Under the pieces are notes generated by a model that made no database searches, was not told the origin of the DNA, and saw only the letters and a list, made by a program, of their open reading frames with translations. This document shows, in pieces, positions 1 to 9,464 of a stretch of 64,000 nucleotides of DNA. The stretch is from an uncultured Rhodospirillaceae bacterium (GTDB lineage Bacteria; Pseudomonadota; Alphaproteobacteria; UBA8366): NCBI GenBank assembly GCA_964585785.1, contig CAZPFL010000001.1, positions 3,219 to 67,218 of the forward strand, read 5' to 3'. A program made the position numbers and the translations under genes. How positions within the stretch are numbered: position 1 is the stretch's first letter; each line of letters starts with the position of its first letter.

Positions 1-1290
1 GCGGCACTGTTGCGCGACCGGGCCGGCTATCGCACCGCGCTGATCGGCAAGGCGCATTTCGAGCCGTCATCGGCTCCTGACCAGTCCTATTTTGAGAACA
101 AGGCAGCCCGCCTCGGGTCCACCGGGCCGCATCGCGGCTTCGAACGGATGGAGCTTGCCGCCCATACCGGCCGGCCCGGACGCAGCATGTATCATTATCC
201 GAAATGGCTTGCCGATCATCATCCGGACGCGGTGGACGGCTTTTTCGAATACATCGACAAAAACCAGATGCCGAGCGCACGCGGTGGCGGCGATACGCTG
301 GCGCCGCAGGTTTGGTTCAACCCGATTCCCCGTGAGCTCTATCACACGGACTGGGTGGCGGACCGCGCGATCGACTGGCTCAAATCGTTGTCGGATGGTG
401 CCGACTGGTTCCTCTGGCTGAGCTTTCCCGACCCCCACCACCCTTGGGATCCGCCGCAATCGGAACTTACCCGATACAACTGGCGCGACCTCGATCTGCC
501 GCCCTTCTATCCCGGCAATCGGGAGCGCTGTGCCGAGCTCCTCGCGCACAAGCCGAGGCATTGGCTCGAAAATTACGAAGGCCGTGGGAGATTCAATTTT
601 TCGGTGCCGCCGACCTTTGTGCCCGCAAACCTGACGTCAGACCAGATTCGCGAGGTCAACGCCGTTATCCATGTCGAGAACGAACTGATCGACGAAGCGC
701 TCGGTCGGGTCGTCGATTGCATCGGGCGCCGTGGCTGGAACGAAGTTACGGACGTATTCTTCACCACGGATCACGGCGAGATGCAGGGCGATTTCGGCAT
801 GCTGTTCAAGGGCGCCTTTCACGTCGACGCTTTGATGCGGACGCCGTTCATCTGGCGCCCGGCGCCGGCGGCAGCGGTCGCGCCGGCCGTCATCGACGAG
901 CCGGTGGGCCATATCAACCTGGCGCCGACATTCGCCGAAATCGCGGGCGTGCCAGCAGATCCCGCCTTTCAGGGCGCACCCTTGCCGACCACAGCGTCCG
1001 ACAAGCGGCATGAACGCGCCATCGTCACGTGGGATGATCAGCCAGGCGAACGCGCCATGTGCCTGAGCACGCTTTACCGGGACGGTTTTCTCTGCACGCT
1101 CTACGAGCGCACCGGGTACTACGAAGGAACCGAGGGTGAGCTCTACGATCTCCGGAACGATCCGCGGCAATGGGAGAACCTCTGGGACGATCCGGGCCGG
1201 AAGAGTCTCAAATCCGACCTCGCCGCCGACCTAAAGGACCATCTTCCAGCCCGGCGAGAGCCGCCGCTCGAGAAGGTGGCGCGGGTCTGA
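1..1290 (+). CDS. sulfatase family protein (arylsulfatase-like), N-terminus outside window
   Basis: Open from base 1 in the frame of ORF 10..1290. Sulfatase-type blocks LIGKAHFEP, WLSFPDPHHPWDPP, FTTDHGEMQGDFGMLFKG, GELYDLRNDPRQWENLWDDP. The catalytic C/S-x-P-x-R block would lie upstream of the window. Confidence 0.8.
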   Translation, partial: AALLRDRAGYRTALIGKAHFEPSSAPDQSYFENKAARLGSTGPHRGFERMELAAHTGRPGRSMYHYPKWLADHHPDAVDGFFEYIDKNQMPSARGGGDTLAPQVWFNPIPRELYHTDWVADRAIDWLKSLSDGADWFLWLSFPDPHHPWDPPQSELTRYNWRDLDLPPFYPGNRERCAELLAHKPRHWLENYEGRGRFNFSVPPTFVPANLTSDQIREVNAVIHVENELIDEALGRVVDCIGRRGWNEVTDVFFTTDHGEMQGDFGMLFKGAFHVDALMRTPFIWRPAPAAAVAPAVIDEPVGHINLAPTFAEIAGVPADPAFQGAPLPTTASDKRHERAIVTWDDQPGERAMCLSTLYRDGFLCTLYERTGYYEGTEGELYDLRNDPRQWENLWDDPGRKSLKSDLAADLKDHLPARREPPLEKVARV

Positions 1291-1293
1291 GCG

Positions 1294-1312
1294 TATCCGG
1301 CTTCGCCGGATA
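1294..1312 (+). terminator. candidate stem-loop after sulfatase gene
   Basis: TATCCGGC-ttc-GCCGGATA, a perfect 8 bp stem starting 4 nt after the stop codon. Only TT follows (weak U tract). Lies between convergent genes. Confidence 0.35.
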
Positions 1313-1462
1313 TTCCTGTGCCCTGGTCTGCGGCGTCGCGAGCGTGCCGGACATCGGGATAGGAGTTGACGCTGCCTCGACGCCGCAATTGATGAGTACG
1401 CAGGTTGGCGCGATAGGCGTCAGGCGGATTGGGCAAACGCCCGCCGAAGCGTTCGTCCGGCG

Positions 1463-2392
1463 TCAGGCATTCGAATGCTTGAGGTACTGGCCATACCAGT
1501 CGCAATCGACATATCTGACGTATGCATCGATCAAACGTTTGGTGATCGGTCCGGGCACCGCGCCGTTACCTATCTTCGCACCGTTGACGCTGCTGACGGG
1601 ACAGATGCAGAAGCTGGTCGATGTAATGAAGACCTCTTCCGCGTTCAGCGTATCGTAAAGGTCTATGTCCGCTTCCTCGACCCGCAGGTTCTGCTCCCGC
1701 GCGAGATCGATTGTCGTCTGGCGGCTGACGCCCGGCAGGACGTAGCGTTCCTTGGGTGTCAGAAGCGCGCCGTCCTTCACGATGAAGATATTACTACCCT
1801 TTCCTTCGGCCAGGTTGCCGTTTGTGTCGAGCAATACGGCGTGCGCTTCGGGGTCCCGGTCCTTTATTTCCAGTTCCGCGAGGATGAGATTGAGATAGTT
1901 GTGCGTCTTGGCCCTCGGGCTCAGCGTATCGGGTGCGGGTCGCCGCACCGAAGGCGTCATGACGCGCAGCCCGTCGCGATAGAACTTGCCGCGCTCGCGC
2001 AACGGCAATGGGCGGGATTCGACCAGGACGGTGCGGTCGGGATAGTCAGACCAAAGCCGACGGTCGGACGCCTCAAGGCCGCGGCTGATGCGCTGCGTCA
2101 CCCAGATATCCTCGTCCGAGGATACGTTGCGGAGATTGATCGCGGCGACCTCCTCGGTGGCCCGCTTCAGCTCATCCTTCGAGATGCCGGGATCGATGCG
2201 AAGATAGGCGAGCGACCGATAAAACCGGTCGAGATGTTCGTCGAGCTTGAAAATTCGGTGGCCGAAGGTGCGCGTGGTGTCGAAAGCCGCATCGCCGTAC
2301 TTGAACCCGCGGTCGCGAAATGGCACGCGCGCCTCCGTCTCGGGCACGATCTTGCCGTTGAACCAAACGACCCAGTTTTCGCTCATCGCCAT
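1463..2392 (-). CDS. PLP fold-type IV aminotransferase (branched-chain / D-amino-acid aminotransferase family)
   Basis: MAMSENWVVWFNGKIVPETEARVPFRDRGFKYGDAAFDTTRTF... is a typical class IV N-terminus. ATG at 2392 is preceded by GGAGG. The Arg-rich extension to 2458 is discounted. Confidence 0.85.
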   Translation of the reverse strand: MAMSENWVVWFNGKIVPETEARVPFRDRGFKYGDAAFDTTRTFGHRIFKLDEHLDRFYRSLAYLRIDPGISKDELKRATEEVAAINLRNVSSDEDIWVTQRISRGLEASDRRLWSDYPDRTVLVESRPLPLRERGKFYRDGLRVMTPSVRRPAPDTLSPRAKTHNYLNLILAELEIKDRDPEAHAVLLDTNGNLAEGKGSNIFIVKDGALLTPKERYVLPGVSRQTTIDLAREQNLRVEEADIDLYDTLNAEEVFITSTSFCICPVSSVNGAKIGNGAVPGPITKRLIDAYVRYVDCDWYGQYLKHSNA

Positions 2393-2414
2393 GCCTCCCC
2401 AGCCTCGAATCCGT

Positions 2415-3737
2415 CTATTCCGCCGCCTGCGTTGCGCCACGTACCGCTGCGACCGCACCCTTGAAGCAATCGAGGAATGCGTCGATCTCAGCCTCCGTCA
2501 TCGGCGTCGAAAGCGAGCACACACCTCTTTCGTTTACGAACACGCCGTTGTCCCGCATGTGGCTGACGATCCCAGCCAGCAGGTCTTTTTCCCCCTGCGT
2601 CATCAACATCGAGCGATAGTCGCTGAGCGGGCGATTGTGCACATGAATGCGAAACAGCGAGCCCAGCCCTGTGACCTGTCCCGGCATACCTTTTGCGCAC
2701 ATCGTTGCGGCGACACCCTCGCGCGCCCGATCTCCAAGCGCGCCCAGGCGGTCAATCTCGTCCTGCGTCAGCAGGCGCATCGCCGTTTCGCCCGCCACCA
2801 TCGTGATCGGATTGGCATTGAAGGTGCCCGAGTGCGATAGGGCCGGCTTCCCTTCCCGCGGGTCGAACACGGCCATTACCTCGGCCGAACCCCCAACGGC
2901 CCCCACGGGAAAGCCGCCCCCGATGATCTTGCCGAGCGCGGTCAGGTCCGGCGTGATGTCGAACAGGGATTGTGCCCCGCCATAGGCCAGGCGCAACGTG
3001 ATGACCTCGTCGAGGACGATCAGGACACCCGTCTCTTTCCGCACCCGCTTCAGCATCGCGACGAATTCTGGCGTCGCCGGAATCAGGCCGCCGCGGTTCG
3101 GCATCAGGTCGACGATCACGCAGGCGAGCTCCCGCGCGTTTGCGCGCAGGATGTGTTCCGCCTCGTCCGGTTTGTTGAAGGGAATGACGACCACATCCTC
3201 GAGCACGCTCTTCGGCGTGCCCTTGACGTAAGCGACAGACTTTGGGTCGGCATTGCCCCAGGTTGAAGGCGTCGGGTCGAGGCTCACCTCCGCATAGTCA
3301 TAGGAGCCGTGATAGGACCCCTCGCATTTCGCGATCTTCGAGCGACCGGTATAGGCGCGCGCTGCCTTGAGCGCGAACATCACGGCTTCCGATCCCGAAT
3401 TGCAGAACCGGACCTGCTCGAAGGAGGGAACGCGCTCGCACAGCAATTCGGCGAGCCGGATTTCAGCCTCCGTCGCCATCGGAAAGGCCGTCCCGCGCTC
3501 CAGTTGATCCCGCACCGCAGCCGTAATGGCGGGATGGGCGTGGCCGTGGATTAGGGAATTATAATTGTTGGTGAAATCCAGCCGCTCGACGCCGTCGACA
3601 TCGGTCAGACGGCATCCCTGTCCATAGGCGGCGTAATAGGGGTGGGGCTTCATGAAGACCGTGACCCGGGTGTTTCCGCCGGGCATCACGGCTTTGGCGC
3701 GCTCGTAGAGGCTCGCCGAAACCGGTCTCTCGATCAT
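2415..3737 (-). CDS. class III aminotransferase (glutamate-1-semialdehyde aminomutase / omega-aminotransferase-like)
   Basis: 440 aa. LYERAKAVMPGGNTR, NNYNSLIHGHAHPAI and LIVLDEVITLR are class III blocks. Stop lies 22 nt upstream of the class IV aminotransferase start on the same strand. Confidence 0.85.
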   Translation of the reverse strand: MIERPVSASLYERAKAVMPGGNTRVTVFMKPHPYYAAYGQGCRLTDVDGVERLDFTNNYNSLIHGHAHPAITAAVRDQLERGTAFPMATEAEIRLAELLCERVPSFEQVRFCNSGSEAVMFALKAARAYTGRSKIAKCEGSYHGSYDYAEVSLDPTPSTWGNADPKSVAYVKGTPKSVLEDVVVIPFNKPDEAEHILRANARELACVIVDLMPNRGGLIPATPEFVAMLKRVRKETGVLIVLDEVITLRLAYGGAQSLFDITPDLTALGKIIGGGFPVGAVGGSAEVMAVFDPREGKPALSHSGTFNANPITMVAGETAMRLLTQDEIDRLGALGDRAREGVAATMCAKGMPGQVTGLGSLFRIHVHNRPLSDYRSMLMTQGEKDLLAGIVSHMRDNGVFVNERGVCSLSTPMTEAEIDAFLDCFKGAVAAVRGATQAAE

Positions 3738-3883
3738 ATGGGCGCCTCCGTCGGCGCGAACTGCGAAAGCGAATTCCCGAAGACACTGGGGTTGCTTGAC
3801 ATAGTATGAGGCGGCTGGAGAATTGACAAATAAGGGCGCGTTCGCGCCAGCGGTTTTCCGGAAAATTCATAGAGGAATTCGTT

Positions 3884-5947
3884 ATGCAGATCGGGGTGGA
3901 CATTGGCGGCACCTTCACCGACCTCGTCTGCATCGACAACGCGGGCGCCCTCCATACGGCGAAGACGCCATCGACCCCGGACGATCCATCGCGCGGCGTC
4001 ATGGAAGGTCTTGCCCTGCTTGCCGAGCGTATGTCCATGGCGCTCAACGACATGCTGTCCGCGACCGGGCTTTTTATCCACGGCTCTACCGTGGCGACGA
4101 ATCTGGTCGTGGAACGCAAGGGCGCCCGGCTTGGCCTGATCACGACCGCCGGGTTCCGGGACATCATCGAGCTCCGCGACGGCAGCAAGCAGAACCGCTA
4201 CAACATCCGCATGGCGCCGCCGGAACCGCTCATCGCGCGTCCGCAGCGTCTGGAAGTGCCGGAACGGATCGACGCGGAAGGCAACGTCGAAACGCCGCTG
4301 GATGAGCAGGCTGTTCGGCGTGCCATCGATACCCTCCAGACCATGAATGTCCAGGGACTCGTCGTCCTGTTTCTTCACGCCCACCGCAACGGCATCCATG
4401 AGCGGCGCGTGCGGGAGATTGTCGAGGAAAGCGGTTGGTCGCCTTTCGTATCCCTGTCGCATGAGGTCTTGCGCCGCGAAGGCGAGTACGACCGCGTCAG
4501 TACCGCTGCGGTCAACGCCTATGTCGGCCCGGGTCTTGGCGGCTATCTCACGCGTCTCGCGGCGAAACTGGGCGACAACGGCCTTGCCGCTCCCGTGCTG
4601 GTCATGCAGTCGACAGGCGGAGTTCTGCCGCTCGACCACGCAGTCCAGCATGCGGTCGGAGCGGTGACCAGCGGGCCGGCCGGCGGCGCCATGGCCGGCG
4701 CACTGTTCGCCCGCCTGCGCAAGGAGCCGCGTCTTGTCACCTATGACATGGGCGGCACAAGCACCGATATCTGCTTGATCGAGGACGGCAAGCCGCTCGA
4801 GCGCCAGGTGACCCAGCTCGGCGAGGTCAAGATCGCCGTCCCCGCTTTGGACATCGAAGCGCTGGGCGCCGGGGGCGGCAGCATCGCCTGGGTCGATCCG
4901 GGCGGTATCCTCGATCTCGGGCCGCATAGCGCCGGCGCCTCGCCCGGTCCGGCGTGCTATGGCCAGGGCGGCACGCAGCCGACGCTGACCGATGCCAACC
5001 TCGTGCTCGGGCTGATCACGCCGGAAACCTTCCTGGGTGGCCGGCTGCATCTCAGCCGCGAACTGGCCGAGAAGGCGGTAACGGACCATATCGCGGCGCC
5101 GCTGGGGCTGCCGGTCGAGGACGCCGCGCTCGCCATCAATGCGCTGGCAAGTGCCCGTATCGCCGAAGGTATCCGCGCGAATACCGTGCGCCGCGGTCTC
5201 GACCCGCGCGAATTCACGATCTTTTCATTCGGCGGTGCCGGCGGGCTGCACGCCGCCGCTGTGGCGCGAGAGCTCGAGATACCCCGCGCGGTCATCCCGA
5301 GGGAGGCGTCGGTCCTGTGCGCGCTCGGCTTCCTGGCCGCGGACGTGCGTCACGATTACCAGCGGGTGGTCGGCCATCGATTGCCCGAAATTACGACCGC
5401 GACCGTTTGCGATCTGTATGCCGAAATGGAGGAGGAAGCGACGACCGCTCTTGGAGCGGAGGGGTTTCCCCCGGACCGGATTCGCTTCACCCGCGTCCTC
5501 GACTGCCGGTACATCCGGCAGGTCTACACCATCCCCGTCGAAATCTCCGGCGAAGACCTGGAGGCGGCGCGCGATACGGACTGGCTCGCCGAAGCCTTCG
5601 AGAAGGTCTATTCCGCGCTGTATCGGCATGTCCATGAACGCAACGCTATCGTCGTCGACGCTTGCCGGCTGGTCGCCTACGGCATTCTGCCTTCGCTGTC
5701 CCTGCCGCATGCAGAGAAAGGCGGGTCCGACGCATCTGCGGCCCGGCGCGGTTCGCGCCGCGTATACCTCGGCGCGCCGATCGAGGCGCCGTGCTACTGG
5801 TTCGACGATTTCAAGCCGGGCATGCGCCTCGAGGGGCCGGCGATGGTCGATTCCGAATCGACCACGGTAGTGCTGCCGGCCGGTGCCAAAGCCGAAATCG
5901 ATGCGTACGGAAGCCTGGTCATTACCCAAACGGGAGGCCTGTCATGA
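3884..5947 (+). CDS. hyuA: hydantoinase/oxoprolinase family protein, A subunit
   Basis: 687 aa. N-terminal MQIGVDIGGTFTDLV ATPase motif and overall length are typical of HyuA-type subunits. Stop overlaps the start of the B subunit. Confidence 0.9.
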   Translation: MQIGVDIGGTFTDLVCIDNAGALHTAKTPSTPDDPSRGVMEGLALLAERMSMALNDMLSATGLFIHGSTVATNLVVERKGARLGLITTAGFRDIIELRDGSKQNRYNIRMAPPEPLIARPQRLEVPERIDAEGNVETPLDEQAVRRAIDTLQTMNVQGLVVLFLHAHRNGIHERRVREIVEESGWSPFVSLSHEVLRREGEYDRVSTAAVNAYVGPGLGGYLTRLAAKLGDNGLAAPVLVMQSTGGVLPLDHAVQHAVGAVTSGPAGGAMAGALFARLRKEPRLVTYDMGGTSTDICLIEDGKPLERQVTQLGEVKIAVPALDIEALGAGGGSIAWVDPGGILDLGPHSAGASPGPACYGQGGTQPTLTDANLVLGLITPETFLGGRLHLSRELAEKAVTDHIAAPLGLPVEDAALAINALASARIAEGIRANTVRRGLDPREFTIFSFGGAGGLHAAAVARELEIPRAVIPREASVLCALGFLAADVRHDYQRVVGHRLPEITTATVCDLYAEMEEEATTALGAEGFPPDRIRFTRVLDCRYIRQVYTIPVEISGEDLEAARDTDWLAEAFEKVYSALYRHVHERNAIVVDACRLVAYGILPSLSLPHAEKGGSDASAARRGSRRVYLGAPIEAPCYWFDDFKPGMRLEGPAMVDSESTTVVLPAGAKAEIDAYGSLVITQTGGLS

Positions 5948-7641
5948 GCGATGACCCCAAGCAAACGGGACAGGAAATCGACGCGTTGACCCTGGCCGTC
6001 GTCCGCCAGAAGCTCCTATCGGTTGCGGAAGAGATTGTCGAGACGATGGTCCGTACCTGTTTCTCTCCACTCTTGAACCAGTCGCGCGACCTGTCAGCGG
6101 TCGTTCTCGACGGCGCGGCCCAGGTCGTCGCACAGGCGGAGCGGACACCGATTCATATGGGGGCGATGCCCTTCGCGGTCCGCGCCATGGCCGACGATTT
6201 CGCCAACAACGTCGGACCGGACGATGTGCTGATGGCGAACGACCCCTACTGGGGCGGCAGCCACCTGCCGGACATCACGCTGGTGAAGCCCGTGTTCCGG
6301 GAAGGCCGGCTGCGCTTCTGGGTCGCCATTCGCGCCCACCAAAGCGACACCGGCGGGATATCGGCGGGAGGATACAGCCCGAGCGCGCGCGAGATTTTCC
6401 ACGAAGGCATCCGTATTCCGCCCGTCAAGCTGGTCGACAACGGACGCCTGCGGGCTGACGTGTTGCGGCTGGTATGCGAGAACACACGAAAACCCGAGGA
6501 CACAAACGGGGACATCCTGGCGATGCTCGCTTCCGTCAACGTGGGCGCCGAACGGCTGGATGCCCTGTTGGATCGCTACGGCACGGAACGGATCGAATCC
6601 TGCAGTGCCGCCATCCTGGACGCCGGCGAGGCGGCGATGCGGGCGCATATTCGCCGCTGGAAGCCGGGGGTCTACAAGACTGTGAGTTACCTGGACCACG
6701 ACGGCGTCGCGACCGAGCGATATCCGGTTCCGGTAACGGTCACCGTCGGCGACGGTGAGGTCGAGGTGGATTTCCGCGACGTCGGTGACCAGGTGGCATC
6801 CTACTTCAACAGTCCGATCGCCAATACGAGCGCCTGCGTCTACATCGCCTTTTTCTATCTCAGCAACGATCAGCAGGTGCTGAACGAGGGAAGCACGCGC
6901 GCAATCAGGATTCTCACGCGCAAGGGCAGCCTTGTCGACCCGGTCCCCCCGGCGCCGGTAACCGGATGCACGACCTTTTCCGCCGCCGTCATCATCGAAT
7001 CCGTGCTGCGCGCGATGGAAGGCGCCGCGCCGGAAGCGGTCGTCGCTGGATCCGCCCGCCGATTCCGCTACGTGATCGCGGGGAACGATCCGAAAACGGG
7101 CTCGTACATCTATCATTACTTCTCGAACAAAGGCGGCTTCGGCGCCAACAGCAACGAGGACGGCTGGGTGAACGTCGGCGGTATGCAGAACCCCGGCGGC
7201 ACGCCGAGCGCGAGCCTCGAACGCGTGGAGGCATCCTACCCCTTCGAGATCGAGGAATACGCGCTCACGACGGATAGCGCCGGTGCTGGCAAGCAGCGCG
7301 GCGGCGCCGGCGGCGTGGTCGCGCTGCGCTACCGGGGAAAGGGACCCGCCGTCCTCAACGTCGCGGGCGAGGGCACGGTCGTGGCACCGTACGGTGCGCG
7401 CGGCGGCGGCGAAGGCGCACCGCACGCCATCTGGATCGAGCGCGGCAACGAGAAGATCGCCTTGAACGGCCGAAGCAACGACACGCCAATTTTGCCGGGC
7501 GATCTCATTGTCCACCACGCGGCGGGCGGCGGCGGCTGCGGCGATCCGCGCGAACGGTCCCGGGCGCTCGTGAAGCGCGACGTCGCCTACGGCTATATCA
7601 CGCGCGAATCGGCACAGCGCGTCTATGGATTCGAGTGCTGA
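5944..7641 (+). CDS. hyuB: hydantoinase B/oxoprolinase family protein, B subunit
   Basis: ATG at 5944 (ATGA overlap with hyuA stop) gives MSDDPKQTGQEIDALTLAVVRQKLLSVAEEIVETM..., a typical HyuB N-terminus. The ORF-track extension back to 5662 overlaps hyuA and is discounted. Confidence 0.9.
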   Translation: MSDDPKQTGQEIDALTLAVVRQKLLSVAEEIVETMVRTCFSPLLNQSRDLSAVVLDGAAQVVAQAERTPIHMGAMPFAVRAMADDFANNVGPDDVLMANDPYWGGSHLPDITLVKPVFREGRLRFWVAIRAHQSDTGGISAGGYSPSAREIFHEGIRIPPVKLVDNGRLRADVLRLVCENTRKPEDTNGDILAMLASVNVGAERLDALLDRYGTERIESCSAAILDAGEAAMRAHIRRWKPGVYKTVSYLDHDGVATERYPVPVTVTVGDGEVEVDFRDVGDQVASYFNSPIANTSACVYIAFFYLSNDQQVLNEGSTRAIRILTRKGSLVDPVPPAPVTGCTTFSAAVIIESVLRAMEGAAPEAVVAGSARRFRYVIAGNDPKTGSYIYHYFSNKGGFGANSNEDGWVNVGGMQNPGGTPSASLERVEASYPFEIEEYALTTDSAGAGKQRGGAGGVVALRYRGKGPAVLNVAGEGTVVAPYGARGGGEGAPHAIWIERGNEKIALNGRSNDTPILPGDLIVHHAAGGGGCGDPRERSRALVKRDVAYGYITRESAQRVYGFEC

Positions 7642-7741
7642 ACGCGCCGTCTTTCGCTGGCAGCGCCATCCGGCGCGCATTAGACGGGCGGCGCGCTCCG
7701 ACCATACAATAGATCCAAACTGGCTACGTGGGAGAAGCGCT

Positions 7742-9103
7742 ATGGCGGATTTTCGCATGCTGTCGACGAGCGGCATCCTTGGTTACGGCTATCCCGAGGC
7801 GTCGCTGGAACGGGGGGTCGCCATGGGCGTCGACGTCATAGGGGCCGATGCCGGCAGTACGGACCCCGGCCCGCACTATCTCGGCTCTGGCAAGCCGCTC
7901 AACTCCAGGGCTGCGACCAAGCGCGACCTCCGGCTGATGATGCGCGCGGCGGTCAAGAATAACCTGCCGGTCGTGGTTTCGAGCGCCGGCGGCGGCGGCG
8001 GCGAGCCTCAGCTTCAGGACCTCGCCGACATCGTGCGCGAGATCGCCGCCGAGGACGGCCTGCATTTCAAGATGGCGATGATCCATGCCGAGCAGGACAA
8101 GGGCTGGGTCAAGGACCGGCTCGCCAGCGGACGGATCAAGCCGATGCGCAACGCGCCACCGATCGACGCCGCGACCATCGATCGCGCCGAACGGATCGTC
8201 GGATGCATGGGGCCGGAGCCGTTCATGACCGCGCTCGACGCCGGCGCTCAGATTGTGATCTCCGGCCGTGCAACCGATCCGGCTCCGTGGGCGGGGGCGT
8301 CGATGCGCGCGCAGATGCCGGCCGCGCCTTCGTGGTATGCGGGCAAGATGCTCGAATGCGGCGCGGCCAGCGCTTGGCCGAAGGGCGCCGATTGCATTCA
8401 CGTTACCGTCAACGACGACGGCGTCGTGTGCGAGCCTCCGAATCCGGAGAAGCGCTGCACGCTCGCGTCGGTCGCCAACTTCGCGTTGCACGAGAATTCC
8501 AGTCCCGAACTGTTCAAGGAACCGGGCGGGCTCCTGGACGCGCGAAAGGCGCGCTTCGAGCAGGTGACGGACCGCGCAGTGCGTATCACCGGAATGGAGT
8601 GGAATCCGGACGATGCCTATACCATCAAGCTCGAAGGAGCAGAGCTGATGGGCTACCGGGCGATCACCATCTGCGGCACGCGCGATCCGGGACTGATCTC
8701 CCAGTACGACGACTATATCGAAATCGTGCGCGGGCATATTACGCAGAAGGTGTGCGACGTCGGGATTTCGCCGGACAGCTATCGCCTGATTTACCGCGCC
8801 TACGGCCGCGATGGCGTGATGGCGGAACGTGAGCCGCTCGGCGGGGCGTCGGGCCACGAGCTCGGCATTCTGGTCGAGGTGCTGGCCGACGATCAGGAGA
8901 CGGCGAACACGGTGCTGTCGATCGCCCGGGTCAACACACTGCACAACGATTTTCCCGGTCGCTTGTGCCGAGAGGGGAACATGGCTTTCCCCTTCTCCCC
9001 GTCGGACATCGCCTGCGGCCCGGCCTATCGGTTCAGCATCTACCACATCGTGGAACCGGATGATCCGCTGCACATGTTCCCGATCGACTACGAGACGGTG
9101 TGA
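7742..9103 (+). CDS. AtuA-like (DUF1446) family protein
   Basis: About 453 aa from ATG 7742 (MADFRMLSTSGILGYGYPEASLERG...). Assignment rests on size, general sequence character and the downstream DUF4387 partner that normally accompanies DUF1446. Not confirmed by profile search. Confidence 0.6.
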   Translation: MADFRMLSTSGILGYGYPEASLERGVAMGVDVIGADAGSTDPGPHYLGSGKPLNSRAATKRDLRLMMRAAVKNNLPVVVSSAGGGGGEPQLQDLADIVREIAAEDGLHFKMAMIHAEQDKGWVKDRLASGRIKPMRNAPPIDAATIDRAERIVGCMGPEPFMTALDAGAQIVISGRATDPAPWAGASMRAQMPAAPSWYAGKMLECGAASAWPKGADCIHVTVNDDGVVCEPPNPEKRCTLASVANFALHENSSPELFKEPGGLLDARKARFEQVTDRAVRITGMEWNPDDAYTIKLEGAELMGYRAITICGTRDPGLISQYDDYIEIVRGHITQKVCDVGISPDSYRLIYRAYGRDGVMAEREPLGGASGHELGILVEVLADDQETANTVLSIARVNTLHNDFPGRLCREGNMAFPFSPSDIACGPAYRFSIYHIVEPDDPLHMFPIDYETV

Positions 9104-9420
9104 GCGCCATGCCCAAGCTGAAGGACATCGCGCTCGTCCTAAAGAGCAAGAACGCAGGTCCGTTCGAACTGACGATCGACGCCGTCTTCGGCGATCGCGA
9201 AACCTTCGACAAGGTCGCGGCGACGGGCGTCCTTAATCCGGCATTGTTCGCGAACCTGTACAACGTGCCGGAGGACAGCGTGCTCTTCACGCCCTATTCC
9301 CCGGGCCTCGCGTTCAAGGCGACATTGCCGCGACTGGTGTCTGCCGGCGACGTCGGCGACACCGACGTCTATGGCGCCCAGCAGCACGCACCGCTCTTGA
9401 ATGTGGAGATTCCGATCTAA
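9100..9420 (+). CDS. DUF4387 domain protein
   Basis: 106 aa. LKSKNAGPFELTIDAVFGDRETFDKV...GDTDVYGAQQHAPLL matches my recollection of DUF4387. GTG 9100 overlaps the upstream stop (GTGA). ATG 9109 is an alternative start. Confidence 0.75.
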   Translation: MSAMPKLKDIALVLKSKNAGPFELTIDAVFGDRETFDKVAATGVLNPALFANLYNVPEDSVLFTPYSPGLAFKATLPRLVSAGDVGDTDVYGAQQHAPLLNVEIPI

Positions 9421-9464
9421 AGGTGCCGGCTGTTACACCCGTTGCGGATCAGGGGACTAGACCC

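Noticed and set aside
3796-3828. Two TTGACA hexamers (3796, 3823) in the aminotransferase/hyuA divergent spacer as promoter -35 elements.
   Set aside because: Only the first has a plausible -10 (GAGAAT, 16 nt downstream). Without TSS data this is a pattern match in a short spacer, so it is not annotated as a feature.
6094-7776. 560 aa ORF on the minus strand opposite hyuB. Similar long antisense or out-of-frame ORFs include 14925..16355 +, 31111..32190 -, 36471..38783 +, 38371..40350 - and 9417..10277 -.
   Set aside because: They lie antisense to genes with clear family signatures and are Arg/Ala/Pro/Gly-rich with no recognisable motifs. Some span several real genes and intergenic gaps. This is the typical stop-codon-poor artefact of high-GC DNA.
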